Part shown: positions 24,190-38,040 of the stretch, piece by piece
How positions within the stretch are numbered: the first letter of the stretch is position 1
How the letters are laid out: every line of letters starts with the position of its first letter
Source: Octopus sinensis
Taxonomy: Eukaryota
Direction: 5' to 3'
Assembly: GCF_006345805.1 (NCBI RefSeq)
Contig: NC_043005.1
Coordinates: 30,380,001 to 30,444,000 of the forward strand
DNA length: 64,000 nt
The notes under the pieces: model-generated
Told to the model about the DNA's origin: nothing
What the model saw: the letters and a program-made list of their open reading frames with translations, nothing else
The model's database searches: none
Program-made: the position numbers and the translations under genes

Positions 24190-24940
24190 TCAAATTTGGG
24201 ATATGGATTAACTTTTGTCTACTAATTATGAAAATGAAATTCATTTTTCCTATTAATTAAAAAAAAAGTTATTAGCCTTTAAGATTTGCAAAATTTGGGC
24301 ATTTTAGCCAATCAGAATTGAGCATTTTACACATCACCATGGCGAAAAACTCTGTCTCCGTAGTAACCAAAGATGCTGCGTATGCGCACAAGAAGCAGAA
24401 GGAGATACAGGAAAGATAATCTTCTACTATAATAATACTCTTACGTTTTTTCTCCGCCACAACATATAAATGAGAAAGGAAGGGGTGATAGATGAAGAAG
24501 GAAGAAAGGAGTTATGGAAAAACTTGTGGGACGGTGAACATTCAACGCTGAAAAGAAAAGTCAAACAGCGTTTCAACTCTGTGTGAGTATATGTGTGTAT
24601 GTGTGTGCGTGTACAAGGGAAGTATGTGAATGTAAGTGAACATTGACTAAGTGTATTTTGATTTACCATCCATATTTATATATAAAATACTACAATTAGC
24701 CGTCATTATTGATGGCACGGGGCCAGCTAGTTTATTTTATAAAATTCTAGAGTGTATTGCAAACTTTCGTTCTTGAATTTTTTAAACTCATAAATGTCTG
24801 TTTTAAACAATGTTTTGACTGTTATTTCTAAACAAATTCGGATTCAGAGTCAAAAATTACATCTATATGAGACATCAGAAACATTTTTTAAAGATAATTG
24901 TAAACAGGGACGAAAACCAGAAAGATTCTCAGTATCTTTT
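24190..24940 (+). mobile_element. Interspersed non-coding repeat (MITE-like); second copy ~42260-42840
   Basis: Collinear shared blocks atatggattaacttttgtctactaattatgaaaatga, tttagccaatcagaa and aaattcggattcag.gtcaaa.attacatctatatga. Confidence 0.75.
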
Positions 24941-24962
24941 AATTAATTAAAAATTCAACTTA

Positions 24963-25109
<147 letters not shown>

Positions 25110-25819
25110 CTAGAATGAAAAAAAAAAAAAAAAGACAAAATAGATATATACATTGAACAGACATATTTTTGGAGATACTTGCTGTAACTATGCTGGAGGA
25201 AAAGAGGATTTATAGAAAAATTCGAGCTAGAATTTCTGAGAAATTTTATTTAAATGAATTTTTCATATAAAAGCACAACAAAGTGTGTGAACACTTCACT
25301 ATGCAGGTCCACAAACTAGTTTTGATTTTCAAAAACACCACTATATTTATTTCACTTATGTAGATAATGCCCCTGGGCAAGTCATAAATACCACCTTCAT
25401 CAATAAAAGTAATAAGTTTCATGTTCAGCTGCAGAGTGCAGAAATAAATTATTTCTCTAGAGACAATATTACAGAAATCGCAAACTATGTCAACAAGAGC
25501 TTATGAGTAAACAACTGTCTGATTGACTGCTGAGAAAAAGTTATTCAAGTCAATGATTACGTTTTCGGTTTTCATACGCCATCAAAGATGTATTATATGT
25601 CCCGAAAACGAGAAAAGGGGTACATTTATTTTTTAGATTGGATCTTTCAAAGGTTTAATTAATACCAGGAAAGATACAAATAGGTGTTCATTGGGCAACT
25701 TTTGGATGGCAACAGAGTATTTTAAAGTTGATTATAAGGAACTTTTATGAAAATTAACTGATTACATTTAAATTATAACATCTCCATAGTAATATCATGG
25801 GTTGTGATACTAGATAGAC

Positions 25820-25905
<86 letters not shown>

Positions 25906-25939
25906 AGAGTGAGATTACTAGTGTGTGTATGTATATACG

Positions 25940-26312
25940 TATTGTTACAGTACATCGTTGCACTCCGTCGGTTACGATGACGAGGGTTCCAGTTGAGCTG
26001 ATCAATGGAACAGCCTGCTCTTGAAATTAACATGCAAGTGGCTGAGCACTCCACAGACACGTGTACCCATAACGTAGCTCTCAGGGAGATTCAGCGTGAC
26101 GCAGAGTGTGACAAGGCTGACCCTTTGAAATACAGGTACAACAGAAACAGGAAGAAAAAGTGAGAGAAAGTTGTGGTGAAAGAGTACAGCAGGGTTCGCC
26201 ACCACCTCCTGCTGAAGCCTCGTGGAGCTTTCGGTGTTTTTACTCGGTCTGGGAATCGAAACCGCGATCCTACGACCGCGAGTCCGCTGCCCTAACCACT
26301 GGACCATTACGC
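25940..26312 (-). mobile_element. tRNA-headed SINE of a different family
   Basis: Minus-strand head tggtccagtggttagggcagcggac...ggtttcgattccc (A/B-box-like), a distinct body, and a microsatellite on each side. Confidence 0.7.
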
Positions 26313-26385
26313 TAGCTAAACAGACAGACAGACAGACAGACAGACAGATAGATAGATAGATATAGATAGATAGATAGATAGGTAA

Positions 26386-26464
<79 letters not shown>

Positions 26465-26647
26465 TGCACACGCACACGCACACACTAGTATGTAGATAAC
26501 GAAGTATTTTTACACAGCTAACACGTATTTATACAACTGGTGTGTATCTTTAATACCGTATATATACAGCTAGTATGTATTGATGATTGGTGTTGACGGT
26601 TACTAAACACTGATGAATAATAAGTATTTATGGCTGTCTATACGTAC

Positions 26648-26791
26648 CAACCATTCCACACACTGCAGGATTGAAACATTGGTAACCTTCTCTGCCGTTC
26701 CAGCCATAATTACCTCCTTTGACCAATATATCAATTTCCTCGTAGGCATTCTGGCCAACATCACCACAGATTATCCGCCCTTTGTACATTC
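26648..26791 (-). CDS. HHIPL: HHIP-like protein, internal exon, 144 bp, phase 1->1
   Basis: Acceptor cttcag, donor G|gtacgt. Encodes [47 protein letters not shown] ('GDVGQN..EE.D...KGGNYGW..REG'). Confidence 0.95.
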
Positions 26792-27849
26792 CTGAAGAAG
26801 TAAAAACATTATCAACATATTTATATAATAAACACACAATTCATTAGCATATAAACATTCATTCACAAACATACACACAAACACAAGCATATACACCCAT
26901 CCACGAACTTAAACATCAGTGATATCTATACAAGAAAGAAAATATGTATGCATAACAAGTGTGTGTATATCCATACGCACACATATAGTCCAATACGGCT
27001 GATGGTTTTAATTTACCTTCCCATACTCGGAAAATTCTTCAACATGAAACCGCTCCTTAAAGTGAATTGGCTGTTATGAAACTAACCAATATTGCATAAG
27101 GTTTCATATTTCATTCCCTTTTGTGCTATCAGTAATTCCTTTACCTGGGTCACTTTCTTTTGACATCCACCCCCATTCTCAAGTCATCCTTTTCTATTTT
27201 ATTATTCACTGATCAACCCTTTCTGTGCCACCAGTTATCTCCCGCTTTCTCCTGAAAGGCATACCTCATCTCTAACCTCCTCCCATGTCAGTTATCATTC
27301 TCAACGCTATCTCATATCTGCCATCGATGCAGCTCCATTTTTGTTCGCCACTCATTATTCCATCCCTACGTACCTCTGACTTCCATTTCTGTTACTGTAC
27401 GACTCTCTCCCCCACACTCCCACCCATACATCATTTCCATATTCCTCATCTACCTACAGTTTTACTACACATCCACAGCCACCTACCACCGTCTCCTTTC
27501 TGAGTCGCTCCTTTTCCTTTCACCTCTCCCCAAGCTCGTATCTACCTTCGACTAGACCTCCAATCTTTTTCACAGTTATCTCTACTCCCATCTCTCACCC
27601 CCTTCTCACACTCATATGAACTTGTCCCCCGCCACCCTGCTCCATCTTCTGTCCATATCTTCCCTTCTACCCACTTTCTTCTACTTAGTTCTCACATCAC
27701 GCCACCACCATCTTTATCTGTCCCTCCACCTACTCCTACCCGACCTCATATAATGCAGAGTGGCCCTTACACTTGTACTCCGCCCTTCGTCGTATTCTAG
27801 CCCCTCACCACCCGGCATAAGGCCACCTCCCCCGCCCACTCAGTAGAGG

Positions 27850-27899
<50 letters not shown>

Positions 27900-28149
27900 G
27901 AGAGAGAGAGTTTCCTTTGTTTTCTGTAGCTGGAAACTTTTCGTCTGCTGCTGGTACTTCTGTGCCTTTTAGCATCGCGCTTCTACACGAGATGCTTTCT
28001 CCACACGAAGATCGTAGTATTACGATGTCTTACAGTATAGCCATGCTACGATGTACAGATTGCTCTCTCTCTCTCTCCCTCTCTCTCTCGTTCTCTTTCA
28101 TCTTCTCTCTTTCTATCCCTCTCTCGCTCTCTCTCTCTCTCTTTGTGTG

Positions 28150-28183
<34 letters not shown>

Positions 28184-28314
28184 TGTATGTATGTATGTAT
28201 GTATGTATTTGAATGTGTGTGTGTGTAAACGTGTGTGTGTGTATGTGTATAAACGTGTGTGTGTGTGTGTATAAGGTATAATCGAATAGGTAGAGAGTGG
28301 GTGACTGCACTGAC

Positions 28315-28493
28315 CTGTGACGCGGTCGCCTTCATCTTTGTCGCAACGCCATATATTCCGAATTCCGTAAGCATAGATCTCTGGACGTGTTTCATTTTCG
28401 TTGACAAATGGATTACTCAGTGGAATTGCATATTGTTTCCCCTTACGTCTCTTGTTAACATTAATTCTTAATACTTTTCCCAGCAAAACAGAC
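28315..28493 (-). CDS. HHIPL: HHIP-like protein, internal exon, 179 bp, phase 2->1
   Basis: Acceptor tttcag, donor AG|gtcagt. Encodes SVLLGKVLRINVNKRRKGKQYAIPLSNPFVNENETRPEIYAYGIRNIWRCDKDEGDRVT(G), with the 'LGKVLRI' and 'PEIYAYG.RN.WRC' GSDH motifs. Confidence 0.95.
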
Positions 28494-28665
28494 CTGAAAC
28501 AAAAATTCAGACTCATTGTCAGTGAAATTCTACACACACGCACACACGTTAGGTCAGTTCAAATATATTTGTGACATATTTCAACTTCTGAAGACAATTT
28601 CATCACAGCTTTCCGCGGAGAAAATATCTCAAGGCAAAAATTCTTTTTATTTCCCACCACTGCTA

Positions 28666-28766
<101 letters not shown>

Positions 28767-28769
28767 TGT

Positions 28770-29310
28770 CAGGTCACTTTCGAGTGCTACTGGTAACATG
28801 TAACCCAGTACAACTTGTTGCATGGTCAGGTCGTTGGCGACTAAACTGGCAACCCCACCAAGCTTGCTTGGTGAGGAGGGTGTTTATTGGACATCCTGCG
28901 GGATGAAAAACAAAACCCGTCAAAGGGCGGATGAACTCTTGAGAGTCAACGGCCATCCAATAAATGTCTTAATGCGCGGGGACATAGAAATAATCGGACT
29001 GAATACCCGATCGCGCGGTTAAACCATTGGGAGTGAAGAACTCCTAGCCTTTGTTAGGGCATCCTTCTAGGAGAAGGTAACTCCGGTAACTGGGATAACT
29101 CCATCATAAAACCTGTGGCTCAGTGGTTACCGATGATGTTCTTTTCGGATTATGGCTGCTGTTGCTTAGTGAGTGAGATTGACTCAGTGCACAGCCTTGC
29201 CTCACTTAAAAAAAAAAATCTTCTTGCACAGGCATTGCACAATAACAACATTGATTAAGCTTCGTGCAATGGCCATACTCGATAACGAGGGGGCAGCCAC
29301 CATGTATGTA
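28770..29310. mobile_element. Probable LINE/SINE 5'-region fragment between (TATG)n tracts
   Basis: GC-richer discrete block (gcgactaaactggcaacccc...aaaacccgtcaaagggcgg) resembling non-LTR 5' ends; no coding motif recognised. Confidence 0.35.
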
Positions 29311-29928
29311 TGTATGTATGTATGTATGTATGTATGTATGTATGTATGTATGTATGTATGTATGTATGTATGTATGTATGTATGTATGTATGTATGTATG
29401 TATGTATGTATGTATGTATGTATGTATGTATGTATGTACAGCCTTCTTTAAGATGTTCGTGTACATTCGGACATAAAAAGGCAACACGCTGCAGATGTCT
29501 GGAAAAAAGAAACTCTCCTTATAGACTATGGCGGTGCAGACACATGACTGGGATATGAATGCTCTCACAGTATATAACTGTATTTCATTCAACGCTGCTT
29601 AGTGCGCCTATCATTTACACATAGTTATACAGTAACCCCTCGACTATCACGGGTGTTACGTTCCAAAATACACGTGTGTGTGTGTGTGTGTGCATGCGTG
29701 CGCTATGTATGAATGTATATAAAGATAGAGAGTGAGAGAGATAAAGAAATGGACTGATAAAAAGAAGATAATGTCTCGTGTTCAAATTCATTCGGGTCTT
29801 GTCTCAACGCATGACTGAGCAAAACCTTGGATTAACCACTTGCAATTAAAGGCATGCACACACACACACACAGAGCCACCCCTAAACTTCATTATTTCAA
29901 TGAGGTATAAAAGACTTTGGTCTTATTT

Positions 29929-30330
29929 TACGAAGGAACATGTAAAAAATGTGTTCCAAAATTATATCTTGCATTTAGTTTTGTTTATAAAATTTCATAG
30001 CTCAGCAACTGAAATTTCTTTTTTCGGCTTTAGAATTATTGCAAATGCAAGGTGCGTTCCATATGTATCCGACTTTATTTTTTCCCGCCAAAATTTATGC
30101 CGCATGGACAAAATTTTTTGTGCAGGTGACGACGCCACCCGTCCAGCGCATGCGTGAAAGTTTGGCGACGATGTCATGAGCAAAACTCATATCAAGGAGT
30201 CCTCAGCCGCTTCAAACACGCCCACACCTTAATGGAGAGCGAGGCACGCTCAGACCGCCCACCGACAAGCTGAAGCGAGGAGCCGATTGAAAAGGTTCGG
30301 CGAATAGTTATGGAAGACGGTCATCTCCCA
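29929..30330 (+). mobile_element. Mariner transposase relic (N-terminal HTH)
   Basis: TA-initiated terminus tacgaagg...aaaaa. Frameshifted FGDDVMSKTHIKE / SRFK...MESEARSDRPPTS*..IEKVRRIVMED. Confidence 0.75.
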
Positions 30331-31551
30331 GCCAAGGGATTTTGCTAACGCAGCAATAGTTTCGGCAGAAAAACTAAAGACGGATACGTTTTGAATCTCA
30401 TGTTCAAATGTTTATCATTAAAACGAACCTTTATTCTTTCATTCTTTCTTTTCTATATTTTTTGCCATTTTGTACAATTCCAATTCGTCAAACTCTTGAA
30501 ATTACGAAATTGGAAAGTGGAAAAGCGGACTTTTGGAATGGCTGTCTCATTTAAGTTGGAATTTCGCAGTTTTTGTCGTGACTCCCCACTATTTTTTTAA
30601 ATCATATATTACAAAACAATTGAAAGAAGCCTTGATTTTTTTTTTTTAATCCACACACATTCATCGTGACTTTGAAACAACAATAACAACCACTAAAATA
30701 ATAATTTTTTCTTACTCTTAATTTTCTGCCATTTTATTGTATGCTACATTCTGAAATATTTGTAACTCCTTAAAAAGAAAAAAAAATCTCTTACCCTTTC
30801 TTCCCTTCTTCATTTTACTTTTTACTGAAGAAATAATCAAACACCGCAAGGGAATGTGTGAGAAACCAAATTAGAATTCTAAAAGGATCGCCAAAGCGAC
30901 ATTTTCAGTTGTTATGTGCAAAAAAATTCTTTCTGTTTTAATTAAAGGTAAGTAAAATAGGAATCAAAAATATCTTTCGTTTCACCTTCGGTTTGCCATA
31001 GAACAACAGTTTGTTACGGTAGTACTTGCTTCTAAATAAAACCTTTATATTCATTTCTATCTATTTTTGTCTTGTGTGGGAAATAAACAAAAAATGATCA
31101 CGTAAAATTAAATTTGTGGGAAGTTGTGTCAGGTAAATGTTAAAAATTAAGAAAAAAAAAACAATATACTGCGCCGTGGAGAAAAAAATATTTTTACAGT
31201 ATTGCAAAACTATTGCAACGTACACTCGAGTGAAATTCCCCTCCCCTTTATATGGGCATTCGAAATGGCATGCGTGTGTGTGTGTTAGTGCACGCGCACA
31301 TGTAACGTGCCACGAGAACAGACGTTGTTTTTCCTGCATTTCAATTCTTTTCCTCTTCTTTTTCCTTCTCTTGCATAAAAGATATCACCCGGAATATCAG
31401 GTTCTCTTCTGTTTATTCCTTTTGCGCTTGTTGTATTTTCGCTTTATATTTCTACGCTTTTCAGGCTTTCGCCAGTCTGATTCCGCATCGTATTTTTCGT
31501 TTGTTTGCTCATTGCCTTCAATTTTACTCCTATGATTTCTGTTATTCTTAC

Positions 31552-31587
<36 letters not shown>

Positions 31588-32634
31588 GCGTGCGTAACCG
31601 CGTGTGCGCGACTGTGTATAAAAGAGCACTGCGAAATTTAGCTGTAGCTGCGCAGTGTGTACAGGAATCCACTGACAAATGCAAACGTGTCTTTCAAGGA
31701 CGCAAAACTGCAATGTTTACATTTGCCAGGGTTTGTTTTTATACATTATGCAACTTGAATGAAATCTTATAATGTTTCTGATACGATATGTGTTTATCTG
31801 TTATCTTATTAATATACGCTCAATCCAGTGTAATCCGGAGGTAAGCGTCTGAGTCAGCGTGGAAATAATAAGCGAAAAGAGTTTAGGGAGTAAAACAACG
31901 CAGACAAAAAAGAACACAAAGCGCGGAGTTCAACGTTTCAAACACTCGTTCATCATGAAAAAAAAAATTTTTTTTTTAATAAACGGAAGGAAAATGAGAG
32001 TAGAAACGCGTGTTTGTTTGGTAGTGGAGGGAACATGCTTGAGAATTGCCGAACCATTTAATATAAAAACAAAAGTTGAATCAAGTAGTAATTCAGATAA
32101 AAAAAAAAAAGGTAACAGCGTAAGAAATTATTTAGGCACTTGATTAGCCTCAACACCGCAAAGTATTTACAAAGAAAATATATTAGAAAGGTGAAATAAA
32201 CATCATAGTTTATTTGCCTCCCCCAGAAACCGCTTCCTGTTCCTTTTGATGGTGACTGAACCAATCGCATTGTTGGAAACACCTTTGTATCTCCAGCAGG
32301 TATCTAATGGCCACGAGCGTTTCGCTCCTTAGTCTATACTCTTCGCCTGAGTTGGGCAGAGAGGCTTTAATTAGCCGTCGCCTGCAGAAGACTTCTCTCT
32401 GTGGTCTTTTGTCAACAACTTTTAACTGATCTTACCTACCTTAACTATCTCCATAATCGCTTCCTTCAATTCTTTTTACTAGACTGATACAGGGTCAATA
32501 CTTGTTGGGTGAAACACCTAATGCATTTCTGTTTTATTAAATTCTACAGCAGTGCCTTTTGGACACATATCAATGAGTTACAAAATCACGTATACTCTCC
32601 AGGTTAGTTAACTATGATTTTTTATCGTATATAC

Positions 32635-33759
32635 CAGTGGTTCCCAGCCTGGGGTCCCCAAAGGTAGTACAGGGGGTCCGTGAACTAAATTCAAAATTTC
32701 ATATGTAACGGTGTTTTAGGTGGAGTCAGTGGTCGACAGTTACCAATTGTAATAGTTGTTGAAGTTGCAAATGTGTAAGATGAAAGAACAGTGATCGAAG
32801 TTGTAAATAAATATTTATTTACCGTTACTTTGTATATAACTGAACCACGACGGGCTGGCATGTATAATGAAATTCGTAAAGCATGCAAGGTAAAGAGAGA
32901 TATCGTAGATTTTCCTTGTACAGGTGGGTTTGTGTTCTTGTCCTTGTGTAATAGTAAACCACAGATAGAGGCAGGGTAATGTTGTAGAGAAAAGAAAGTG
33001 AGAGGGGTGGGACGAAGCAACTGCTTCTTGGTGAGGTGCCATAGTTGTCTCTCTGTAACTTTTCTTTCGGAGACGGCGTTTCGTTGAGCTGGTCAGCCAT
33101 AGTTAGAAAAATAGATATACTACGAAGACAATGAACATACTTTGGGAGAGTCGACTGTTATCTCAATTCTAATTTTTCACGGCCTAGAAGAGGTTAGGAG
33201 GGTCATGTGGCAAAGACATAAATCGGCTTGGCAAAGCCATATGGTAAATGTAACTGCTGTCAACAATTATTTCTCTGTGAGAAAAGTGCTGTTGAAATAT
33301 TATGGGAAATTTGCCGGTTCAGGTTCGAATCCACTCTATGCCTAAATGAAGTCACTGTATATAAAATGAGATACACACGTGCGAAAAAAAATGTGGTTAA
33401 TTAAACTAGGAAACCCGCTCCTAAATAATACTCCCCTCACTATAATTACCCAACGAAACTAACCAATCTACCATAAGCAAACGTCTACCCAGCGAATTTA
33501 ACAGCGCAAGAACAAAATTTAATATAAGAATTACTACTTTTATTTACATTACCATCACACATGTATCAATTATTTTCGCATCCGAACCGATGCATCTATG
33601 TGTATTCGCATTTTGAAGAGGTTTGCTTAAGCCAGTAAATTGAAACGATCGTAAATGCTACCTTCATCTCTGCTTCTTCCTTCTTTGTTATCTAATTAAT
33701 TAAAGACATACCAGCGAAAACCACGAGCTTCCCAAAGTTATTATATCCATTTTCTTCTC

Positions 33760-33797
<38 letters not shown>

Positions 33798-33872
33798 GGA
33801 TAAGCATATTAAAAGGTCCGTGAGAAAACTCATTTAAACAAAAGGGTTGGGAACCACTGTTGGGAAGCACTG
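32635..33872. mobile_element. Non-autonomous hAT element with 8-bp TSD and a duplicated right terminus
   Basis: cagtggttccca ... tgggaaccactg + tgggaagcactg. GTATATAC at 32627-32634 and 33873-33880. Confidence 0.85.
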
Positions 33873-33888
33873 GTATATACAATAGGTA

Positions 33889-34126
33889 TATTGAAGGCGG
33901 CGAGCTGGCAGAAACGTTAGCACGCCGGGCGAAGTGCTTAGCGGTATTTCGTCTGTCTTTACGTTCTGAGTTCAAATTCCGCCGAGGTCAACTTCGCCTT
34001 TCATCCTTTCGGGGTCGATAAATTAAGTACCAGTTACCCACTGGGGTCGATGTAATCGACTTAATCCGTTTGTCTGTCCTTGTTTGTCCTCTCTGTGTTT
34101 AGCCCCTTGTGGGTAGTAAAGAAATA
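33889..34126 (+). mobile_element. Full-length single SINE copy with a 17-bp target-site duplication
   Basis: ggtatatacaataggta at 33872-33888 and 34127-34143 flanks ggcggcgagctggcagaaacgttagc...gtagtaaagaaata. Confidence 0.9.
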
Positions 34127-34969
34127 GGTATATACAATAGGTAGAGAGTAGATAAGAAGTTGTGGCGTTAATGCCATTCCAAAGGACATCATTTCGTAAT
34201 TAAAGTAAAAAAAAGATTGACTGTTAATCGAAACTAGGTCGGGGTCTCTACTAATTCGGAGCTTGCTTCTGCTCTGCTGTACACACCAAATGCAAGGAGT
34301 TTACCTCAACTCCATAGTGCTCCCTACTGACGCTCAGCTTAGTTTTATTCCATGGTTTCAGCATCTATAACGAGTTTACTTCTCTATGGTTCTCTACTGA
34401 ACTCACCACTGTCAAGGGATTTAAATCTCTCTCTGCTGATATGGCGTTTATCTCGGCTGCACAGGGAGCTTACCACTACCCTGTAGTAATCAGCGCTGTC
34501 CTAAAATAACCAGAAATATCTAGCGAATATCGTGGAACAAGATGTTGATTATGGTGAAACAAGTTGGAGATTTTGGTTCGATTCCTATCAGAAATCACTT
34601 CATATCTTTCTTTCCCTTCTTTTGCCTCTAAAGATATAGAACCACTTCACTTACATCACTAACATCCGAAAAATTATACACATTTTTTTTATATGTACGT
34701 AATTTTTTGTTTAAGTAATTTCAATAATAAATCAACATGAATACCAGTTATATACGAGTACTAAATGGTTCAGTGAAAAGAGAGAGAGAATAGTAGTTAT
34801 AACAACATAATTTGAATGAGTCCTAAATATCAACCACAGAATTAGTTTTTAAAACTGTAACTCATACATTAGTTGAAAATCTAGTCAGTAAAATTCCTCG
34901 AAAATGTCTAAATTTCGAAATTCACAAACAAAGCAAACATATCATTTGCTTGTATTATTATTATTATTA

Positions 34970-35002
<33 letters not shown>

Positions 35003-36029
35003 CATCATTATTATTATTATTATTATTCAGTTTCTGTCCGTTAATATAATTCTTGTGCACAGAATTGCATAAATAATTTGTGAAAGAAAATATATTTCCC
35101 CCTCAAGACCTGTATGATGTTTTACAGATGTTTGTAGTAAAGAATACATTAGCACAAAAACATCATTTTTTTTCCTTCTTTAGTAGCAGCAGCACCCATC
35201 TCTATTACTCAAACTGGCGAATCGTTCTACTCTTTTAGTGAAGAATATCTGCAAGGCCGACTATAGTTGTTTTGACACTTTTGTTGCCATATTTCTGTTG
35301 AAATCCACTGCTTTTGGTTTCAATTAATGTTACAAATTGCAAAGAATTTAGCGAAATAGCTTTATCATTATCAAACTAGTGTTTATAACAACAATTAACA
35401 TGAAAATTTGACGGAAGGTTTTAATTTAAATTTAAAACAGAAAAGTTGGATTATAGGATCAGGAATGAAGATATCAATTGGCTTCAGACCAGGCAGTTTG
35501 GTATGAAAAAGGTTAAACTTGTAACTATATTGTTTTAAGGAATTAGGATTGACAGAAAGAAACTAAAATGAAATGTGATATATTTAAAGGAGAGAGAAGG
35601 GGGCTGTGATGTTTTATGAAGTGAAATAACTTCGATTAGGAGTGGAAACTGGGCCACGAATTAAGCTCACCATGATGATAACCGTAAAGGGAAACATTTC
35701 GTTCTTAAATACATTATGATATATTTATAACAAGCAAACCAGCAAGTCAAGAAAATCTTCATAAGAGACGAAAGCAGTATTCGTAGTGACATGTAGTGTT
35801 TATCACCACCTAAGCACGATATCGTCGGTTCCTAGGGAACAGCCGTGTTTAGGTGGCATTAAACACTACTTGACATATTTATAGAAAAGAGAATGAGAAT
35901 ACGTGACTTTCATACCATTCGTACAGATATCAACAGCAGAATAGACAAGGGACAACCTCACGATCAGGTTACGAGTAAAAACTCAGGCCCAGCTTGGGTA
36001 GAGAACAACAACAACAATCCGTTCTATTA

Positions 36030-36570
36030 TAGGCACAAGGCCTGAAATTTGGGGGTGGGAAAATAGTCGATTATATCGACCCCAGTACTCAGCTAGTACT
36101 TAATTTATCGACCCCGAAAGGATAAAAGATAAAGTCGACCTCGGCGGCATTTGAACTCAGAACACGAAGACAGACGAAATACCAATTTCTTTACTACCCA
36201 CAAGGGGCTAAACACAGAGAGGACAGACAAACAGATTAAGTCGATTATATCGACCCCAGTGCGTAACTGGTACTTATTTAATCGACCCCGAAAGGATGAA
36301 AGGCAAAGTCGACCTCGGCGGAATTTGAACTCAGAACACGAAGACAGACGAAATACTTATTTCTTTACTACCCACAAGGGGCTAAACACAGAGAGGACAA
36401 ACAGATTAAGTCGATTACATCAACCCCAGTGCGTAACTGGTACTTATTTAATCGACCCCGAAAGGATGAAAGGCAAAGTCGACCTCGGCGGAATTTGAAC
36501 TCAGAACGTAGCGGCAGACGAAATACTGCGAAGTATTTCGCCCAGCGTGCTAGCGATTCTGCCCCTAACA
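36030..36570 (-). mobile_element. Tandem array (~3 units) of the same SINE
   Basis: Same unit; junctions at ~36180 and ~36355. Confidence 0.88.
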
Positions 36571-36959
36571 ACAGAAACAATAATGACAACAACCAACAGC
36601 AGCAGCAACAACAACGCTACTTTTAATTCAAGGTCCCAAATATATGGGGGGGGGGTGCAAAGATGAAAAGTAAATTTGACTGCGACGGGATTTAAATTTG
36701 AAATGAAAAGGGAGTTAACTCAATAATTCTTGTGATGACGGTGCAGGATAGAATCAGTAGAGCGCCAGATGGCAAAACATTGTGCATGCACCATTTTGAA
36801 CGAAAATCTGGCCGGATTTAATCTCGTAATATCAGTGGGTTAATTGATAAATACCAGTAATATACTGGTATATTACTACACCCCACACCTCCCATCTATT
36901 CATCTGTAAATTAGTGTCACTATAAGAAATCGATAAAGTTTTGTTCCATAAAATTGTTT

Positions 36960-37488
36960 ACATCCTGCTCCTCCTCCTCTTCCTCCTCCTCCTCATCATC
37001 ATCATTGCCATCATCATCATCACCACAGCCACCACCAATACCACCTTCCTCCACATCACCATTGTAGTCATCGTCGTCATCATCATCACCATTCTCATTG
37101 CAGCTGTCTCTCCTCCTCCTCCTCCTCCTCATCATCATCATCATCCTCAACATCACCACATCATCAGTAGCAGCACGTGCAGCAGTAACATCTATAGTTT
37201 TCTATCTCCACACCAATCTCCATGTTAAAATAAATATTACATTTCATCCTTTTTAAGACATTTAACAAAATCTTAGAGAAAAAGATGAAAAAATAAGAAA
37301 AATGTCCTCCGTCCTTTTTTCTTCTTTTTATGTCTCTCAAGTCTCAAACCGATATCTGTTTACTCCAACTTGCTGACTGCTGCAGACATTCGGCACTTCT
37401 CTACAGACACACTCAAGAATATTCCAAAAAAAAATTTACTCCAACACCATAGTTATTAGTATCATTATTACTGGGAAAAGGCGACACG

Positions 37489-37519
<31 letters not shown>

Positions 37520-38040
37520 GTAGGGGGTGAACTTTAGGCGTTGACTAACGAGAATCAACTGCTTGGTCTGCCCTACAGGAGGGTTTTCAACCCTGGGACT
37601 GTGGATAACTTTCCAGAAATCCCAGGCCTTTGTGCAAGAGAGGGTACCAAGATAAACTCTGCAGGTTTGGAAGGGACCTAAGACGGGTGTAACTGAGATG
37701 CAAGCAGAGCGACAAACATCAGATCTGCACATATTCGTTTACAGTGCGAATCTTACTTCATCAACCTCACCACCATCATCATCATCGTCATCACCACCAT
37801 CATCATACTCATCATTCTCATCATCATCATCATCATGATTGTCGTCGTCGTCGTCGACATGAACATCATCACCACCATCACCATCATCATCATCATGATC
37901 ATCATCAACCTCACCATCATCATCGTCGTCATCGTCATCAACATCATCATCATCATCATCATTGTCATCGTGTTATCGTTGTCATCGTGTTGTCGTTGTC
38001 ATCATCATCAGCAGCAGCAGCAACAGCACCACCACCAACA
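36960..38040. repeat. Two (CAT/CAC/CTC)n trinucleotide low-complexity tracts (36960-37190, 37760-38040); similar tracts at 19660-19930, 41540-41830, 59530-59670
   Basis: Direct reading; source of the poly-His/Met/Ile/Asp shadow ORFs. Confidence 0.92.

Noticed and set aside
34474-34500. 27-nt micro-exon candidate (DSADYYRVV) with ag/gtaagc borders
   Set aside because: It would need phase 0-0, but the flanking HHIPL junction is phase 2 and already gives a canonical propeller sequence.
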